Positions 61,701-64,000 of a DNA stretch of 64,000 nt are shown here, one piece after another. The position numbers and the translations under genes are program-made. Location: NCBI GenBank assembly GCA_036522595.1, contig DATDFL010000288.1, forward strand, positions 10,414 through 74,413, in the 5' to 3' direction. This DNA is from Gaiellaceae bacterium (GTDB lineage Bacteria; Actinomycetota; Thermoleophilia; Gaiellales; Gaiellaceae). Numbering within the stretch: position 1 is the stretch's first letter; each line of letters starts with the position of its first letter. A model generated the notes under the pieces. The model saw only the letters and a list, made by a program, of their open reading frames with translations. It had not been told where the DNA came from and did not search any database.

Positions 61701-63976
61701 GACCCAGTGCCCTGCGAGGTGTTCCAGTTGCTTAGCCCGCCCGACTCGAAGCCGTCCGAGAAGATCGTGTACGTGTACTGCGAGAGGGCTGCGCGCGGTG
61801 TCAGCGGCGGTGTCTGGCTCGAGCTCGGCCCCTGCCCGACGGCGTTCACGGCAGCGACGCTGAAGGTGTAGGAGACGCCGTTGGTGAGCCCGCTGACCGT
61901 GTACGTCGTCGAGGTCGAGCCTGTCGAAATCGGCGCCTGCGCGGCGCCGCCGACGTATGGCGTGACGAGGTAGTTCGTGATCGGCGAGCCGCCGTCGGAA
62001 GGCGCAGTCCAGCTCAACGCGACTTGCCCATCGCCGGCCGTGCCGGTGAGCCCCGTAGGTGCGCCGGGAGCCGTTGCGGCGGCAGGCGTTACCGGCGGCG
62101 ACTGCGCCGAGTTGGCCCCGGTGCCCACGCCGTTGATCGCGGCGACCGCGAACGTGTAGGCGGTCCCGTTCGTCAGGCCGCTGACGGTGTAGCTCGTGAC
62201 CGGGTAGTCGGTCGTGATCGGCGTCTGGGCGGTGCCGCCGATGTACGGCGTGATCCGGTAGGCGCTGACCGCGCTGCCGCCGTCCGAGGCTGGAGGCGTC
62301 CAGTTCAGGGCCACCGCGTGGTCGCGTGGAATCCCGGTGACGCCAGTGGGCGCGCCGGGCACCTGAGCGCCCGGAGGCGGCGGAGTCGCGACCCGCACGT
62401 CGTCGAAGTCGGTCGTGCCCGTTGCGTCGTTCCACAGCTGGAGCACCTGCAGAGCGCCGGAGGCGTGCGAGTAGTCGCCGGCTGCGTTCCAGCCGGCCTG
62501 CGTCGCGCCGTTCAGGAAGAGCGTCGCGCCGCCGCTGGTCGTCGCGGTGTACTGGACCGTGACCTTGTTCCAGGTGCCGGGCAGCACGCTCCCGTTACCA
62601 GTGAAGAACTCGTCGATGCCGCTGTTACGCCACGCGTCGAGGACTATGCCTTGCCTGTTCCAGTCGTAGTACAGATCCCACATGTGGGCGGCTGACGAGC
62701 CGTCGCGGGCCTGGGCGATGGTCTCGACCCCGCTGCCGGTCGTCGGGCGCACCCAGAGGCTGGTCGCGCTGTCCGTCAGAGCGCTCGGCAGCGCTTTGAC
62801 GGCGAAGCTGTACTGGCCCGAAGCGTTCGTCATCCTGAGGCCGTAGCTGCCCGCCCTGGCAGCGGCCGCGAGAACGGAGACGGCGCCGGTGCCGGGTGTG
62901 CCATTCCAGGCCAGCGTCCCCGACTCGAAGCCGTCCGCGAAGACGACGTTCGAGTACCCGGGGCCTGGAGTGACGGGCGGGGAGGCCGAGGAGTCCGGCC
63001 CGGTGCCCACAGAGTTGATCGCGGCGACCCTGAAGGTGTACGCGGTGCCGTTCGTCAGCCCGGTGACGGTGTAGCTGGTCGCAGCCGACCCCGTCAGCAC
63101 GGCCGGCTGTGCGGTGCTGCCGATGTAAGGAGTGATCCGGTAGCCGGTGATCGGGCTACCGCCGTCGGAGGCCGGAGCCGTCCAGGTCAATGCGGCCGAG
63201 CGGTCGCCCGCGGTTCCCGCGACGTTCGTGGGCGCGCCCGGCACCGTCGGAGGCACGAAGGGGCTCGCGACCTTGACGTCGTCGAAGTCGGCCGCGACCG
63301 TGCCGTCGTTCCAGAGCTGGAGGCGCTGGAAGTTCGTGGCGCGCGTGTAGTTCCCCGTGACGGTCCAGGAGGGCTGCGTCTGGTCGTTGATGTACAGGCG
63401 TGCGCCGCCCGTGGCCGTCGCCGTGTACTGGACCTCGATCTTTACCCACGTGTTGAGCGGCGCGGTGTTGTTGCCGGTGAAGATGTCGGGTGCGCCGCCC
63501 GTGGCGGGGTACGGATAGAAGTGGATGCCGTGCCCACGCCCGTCGTAGGCGAGGTCCCACATGTGCGCGCTCGAGGCGCCGTCCCGCGCCTGGGCAACCT
63601 GCTGGAAGCCGTTTCCGTTCCCGAAGCGCACCCAGAACGTGACCGAGCTGTCCGGAAGCGGGTTCGGGAGCGCCTTGACGACGACCTGGAACTGGCCGCT
63701 CGCGTTCGTCATCCGCAGGCCGTAGGTGCCGGTGTGGGCGGCCGCGGTCGTGACGGTCGCGGCGCCGTTTCCGAGGAGGCCGTTCCAGTTAACGAGCGAG
63801 CCGCTCTCGAAGCCGTCCGAGAAGACCGTCGTCGTGTAGCTGTTCGCGGGCCCGATTGCCGAGCTCTTCGTCACGCCGAGGATCAGCGCGAGCGCCAGCA
63901 GGGCCGCGAAGGCCAGGCTGGACCGACGAATGACGTAGTTGTGCCTCATGTCAGGCGTACCGAGAAGAAGAATCAC
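58790..63976 (-). CDS. giant secreted protein: 3x LamG/concanavalin-like modules, 6x fibronectin type III, C-terminal N,N-dimethylformamidase-large-subunit-like domain
   Basis: Signal peptide RRSSLAFAALLALALILGV. The module FSDGFESG.L..WN...G.G...V...AH(T/A)G.YGLR......AQARDG(S/A)S..MW.L.YD...LQ..QLWN....DFDDV.VA occurs three times. The FN3 signature L.WT.P..DGGS.I..Y...PY......TYTF.VAA.N..G occurs six times. The C-terminal ~505 aa (58790-60310) starts NPIVLENRNQGTTSWQL..EIEGYA..SVNRGGSI.F....YTMDIYRMGWY. The start is 63976 (GTG) or 63949 (ATG). Confidence 0.88.
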   Translation of the reverse strand: MILLLGTPDMRHNYVIRRSSLAFAALLALALILGVTKSSAIGPANSYTTTVFSDGFESGSLVNWNGLLGNGAATVTTAAAHTGTYGLRMTNASGQFQVVVKALPNPLPDSSVTFWVRFGNGNGFQQVAQARDGASSAHMWDLAYDGRGHGIHFYPYPATGGAPDIFTGNNTAPLNTWVKIEVQYTATATGGARLYINDQTQPSWTVTGNYTRATNFQRLQLWNDGTVAADFDDVKVASPFVPPTVPGAPTNVAGTAGDRSAALTWTAPASDGGSPITGYRITPYIGSTAQPAVLTGSAATSYTVTGLTNGTAYTFRVAAINSVGTGPDSSASPPVTPGPGYSNVVFADGFESGTLAWNGTPGTGAVSVLAAAARAGSYGLRMTNASGQYSFAVKALPSALTDSATSLWVRPTTGSGVETIAQARDGSSAAHMWDLYYDWNRQGIVLDAWRNSGIDEFFTGNGSVLPGTWNKVTVQYTATTSGGATLFLNGATQAGWNAAGDYSHASGALQVLQLWNDATGTTDFDDVRVATPPPPGAQVPGAPTGVTGIPRDHAVALNWTPPASDGGSAVSAYRITPYIGGTAQTPITTDYPVTSYTVSGLTNGTAYTFAVAAINGVGTGANSAQSPPVTPAAATAPGAPTGLTGTAGDGQVALSWTAPSDGGSPITNYLVTPYVGGAAQAPISTGSTSTTYTVSGLTNGVSYTFSVAAVNAVGQGPSSSQTPPLTPRAALSQYTYTIFSDGFESGGLSNWNTSQGTGSSTVVAAAAHTGGYGLRIATLETQYAYDVKVLSGSVSDSVTTFWIRPGTGSRVVTVAQARDGSSSINMWLLMYDGTRHGFLFYPYNSAGASTEIFTGTNSAAASTWVQVGVQYTGAANGAARLYLNGVSQPAWGLTGNYSHTANLQIVQLWNEGLSNNDFDDVSVATVSPAGAVPPSAPQNVVASPLDGAAQVTWDAPASDGGSPINGYRVTSYVNGVAQTTLPTGSTATSFRFGGLTNGTTYTFTVAAQNAAGPGPDSSPSNAVTPIPAPPPGPPSGVNATAGNQSASLTWTAPASDGGSPITNYRVTPYINGVAQTPIATGSTQTSYTVSGLTNGTTYTFTVAASNSSGYGAESQPSNPVTPAPPAVPGAPTSVSGLPRDSGVALTWSAPSSDGGSSITNYRITPYVGGSARTPVTTPGAATGFTVTGLTNGTTYTFTVAAINAIGTGPDSAPSPPVTPAVPPANPIVLENRNQGTTSWQLDIDHKATNHEIEGYASATSVNRGGSINFMVSLSSNAQYTMDIYRMGWYPQGTNPDGTSCAPSCGGRLMQHVGPLNGVHQATCPQVTTQNDPNFGLTECSWTPSYTLNVPTTWTTGNYIVKLRRLDGQTLESYMTFVVRDDSSTAAIVYSMDVTTWQAYNFWGGSDNQNVGYDLYGRFNDVTGNSTGGRAYTVSFDRPYDGEPASDGAGAFFNWDFPMLRFLESKGYDITYVTSVDLESNPTLLNGHRVFMNTGHDEYYSDNMRNNLLNGISSGVDMALFSANNFYYRITWAPNASGTANRRIHCDKNALAGSTTFEWRLLTPQQPENQIGGVMLEGVANDRPYLVTNNSSWIYAGTGLANYTGNGTSGVVTSGAGQNALPGVIGYEFDSRASTTQNLSQWAGFEPAGTTTVGHSFVPAGDGNATNVWSDAVLWNHPSGAMIFSAGTIQWSWGVDDGYNDGYCGCFHNYTNAATQRITQNILDRFTGQ

Positions 63977-64000
63977 ACCGGGGCCCCCGGAGGCCTACTA

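Noticed and set aside
60555-62435. 626-aa minus-strand ORF and several plus-strand ORFs inside the LamG/FN3 giant gene
   Set aside because: These are off-frame readings of the repetitive FN3/LamG DNA. They are Arg/His/Asp-rich and show no domain signatures.

Overview
This is a high-GC (roughly 70%) actinobacterial-type chromosome segment. Protein idioms suggest a Thermoleophilia/Rubrobacteria-like lineage, but that is inference only. I can support about 60 protein genes and 8 tRNA genes (Pro-TGG, Gly-TCC, Arg-TCT, Arg-TCG, His-GTG, Leu-TAG, Ala-GGC). I saw no rRNA, CRISPR array, transposase or integrase. The backbone is conserved housekeeping synteny: tig-clpP-clpX, valS-folC, ndk, maf, tag, mreB-mreC-mreD-mrdA-rodA, rne and rplU-rpmA-obg-nadD-rsfS. 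Many genes are joined by 4- or 8-nt start/stop overlaps (ATGA, GTGA and, unusually, CTGA). Four accessory blocks sit within this backbone. (1) A multi-GAF/PAS histidine-kinase-like protein whose H-box histidine is an arginine, followed by an orphan receiver. (2) A tandem-cyclase/AAA/TPR signalling ATPase placed divergently from a 2012-aa secreted giant. The giant combines a VWA domain, four arrays of a 15-bp GSIAx pentapeptide repeat, a PPC domain, a clan-CD-peptidase-like region and a PxKF-like tail. (3) An orphan family-5 solute-binding protein fused through a 33-residue polyproline linker to a PASTA-like domain, directly upstream of the rod-shape operon. It probably starts at a non-canonical ATC codon, which would expose a twin-arginine signal. 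(4) A minus-strand operon encoding a 1728-aa secreted protein (3x LamG-like, 6x FN3, dimethylformamidase-large-subunit-like), a degenerate receiver, a priming phosphoglycosyl transferase, a WbpB/E/D-like diacetamido-sugar cassette and an anchored alpha/beta hydrolase. Other oddities include a ValS with both class-I signature motifs altered (SIGH, RMGRT) and a perfect AT-rich 21-bp palindrome inside a cyclase gene. There are also a triple-repeat cysteine-bracketed secreted protein in a tRNA cluster and an orphan terminator plus micro-ORF unit. All functional calls come from reading the translations. No database search was run.
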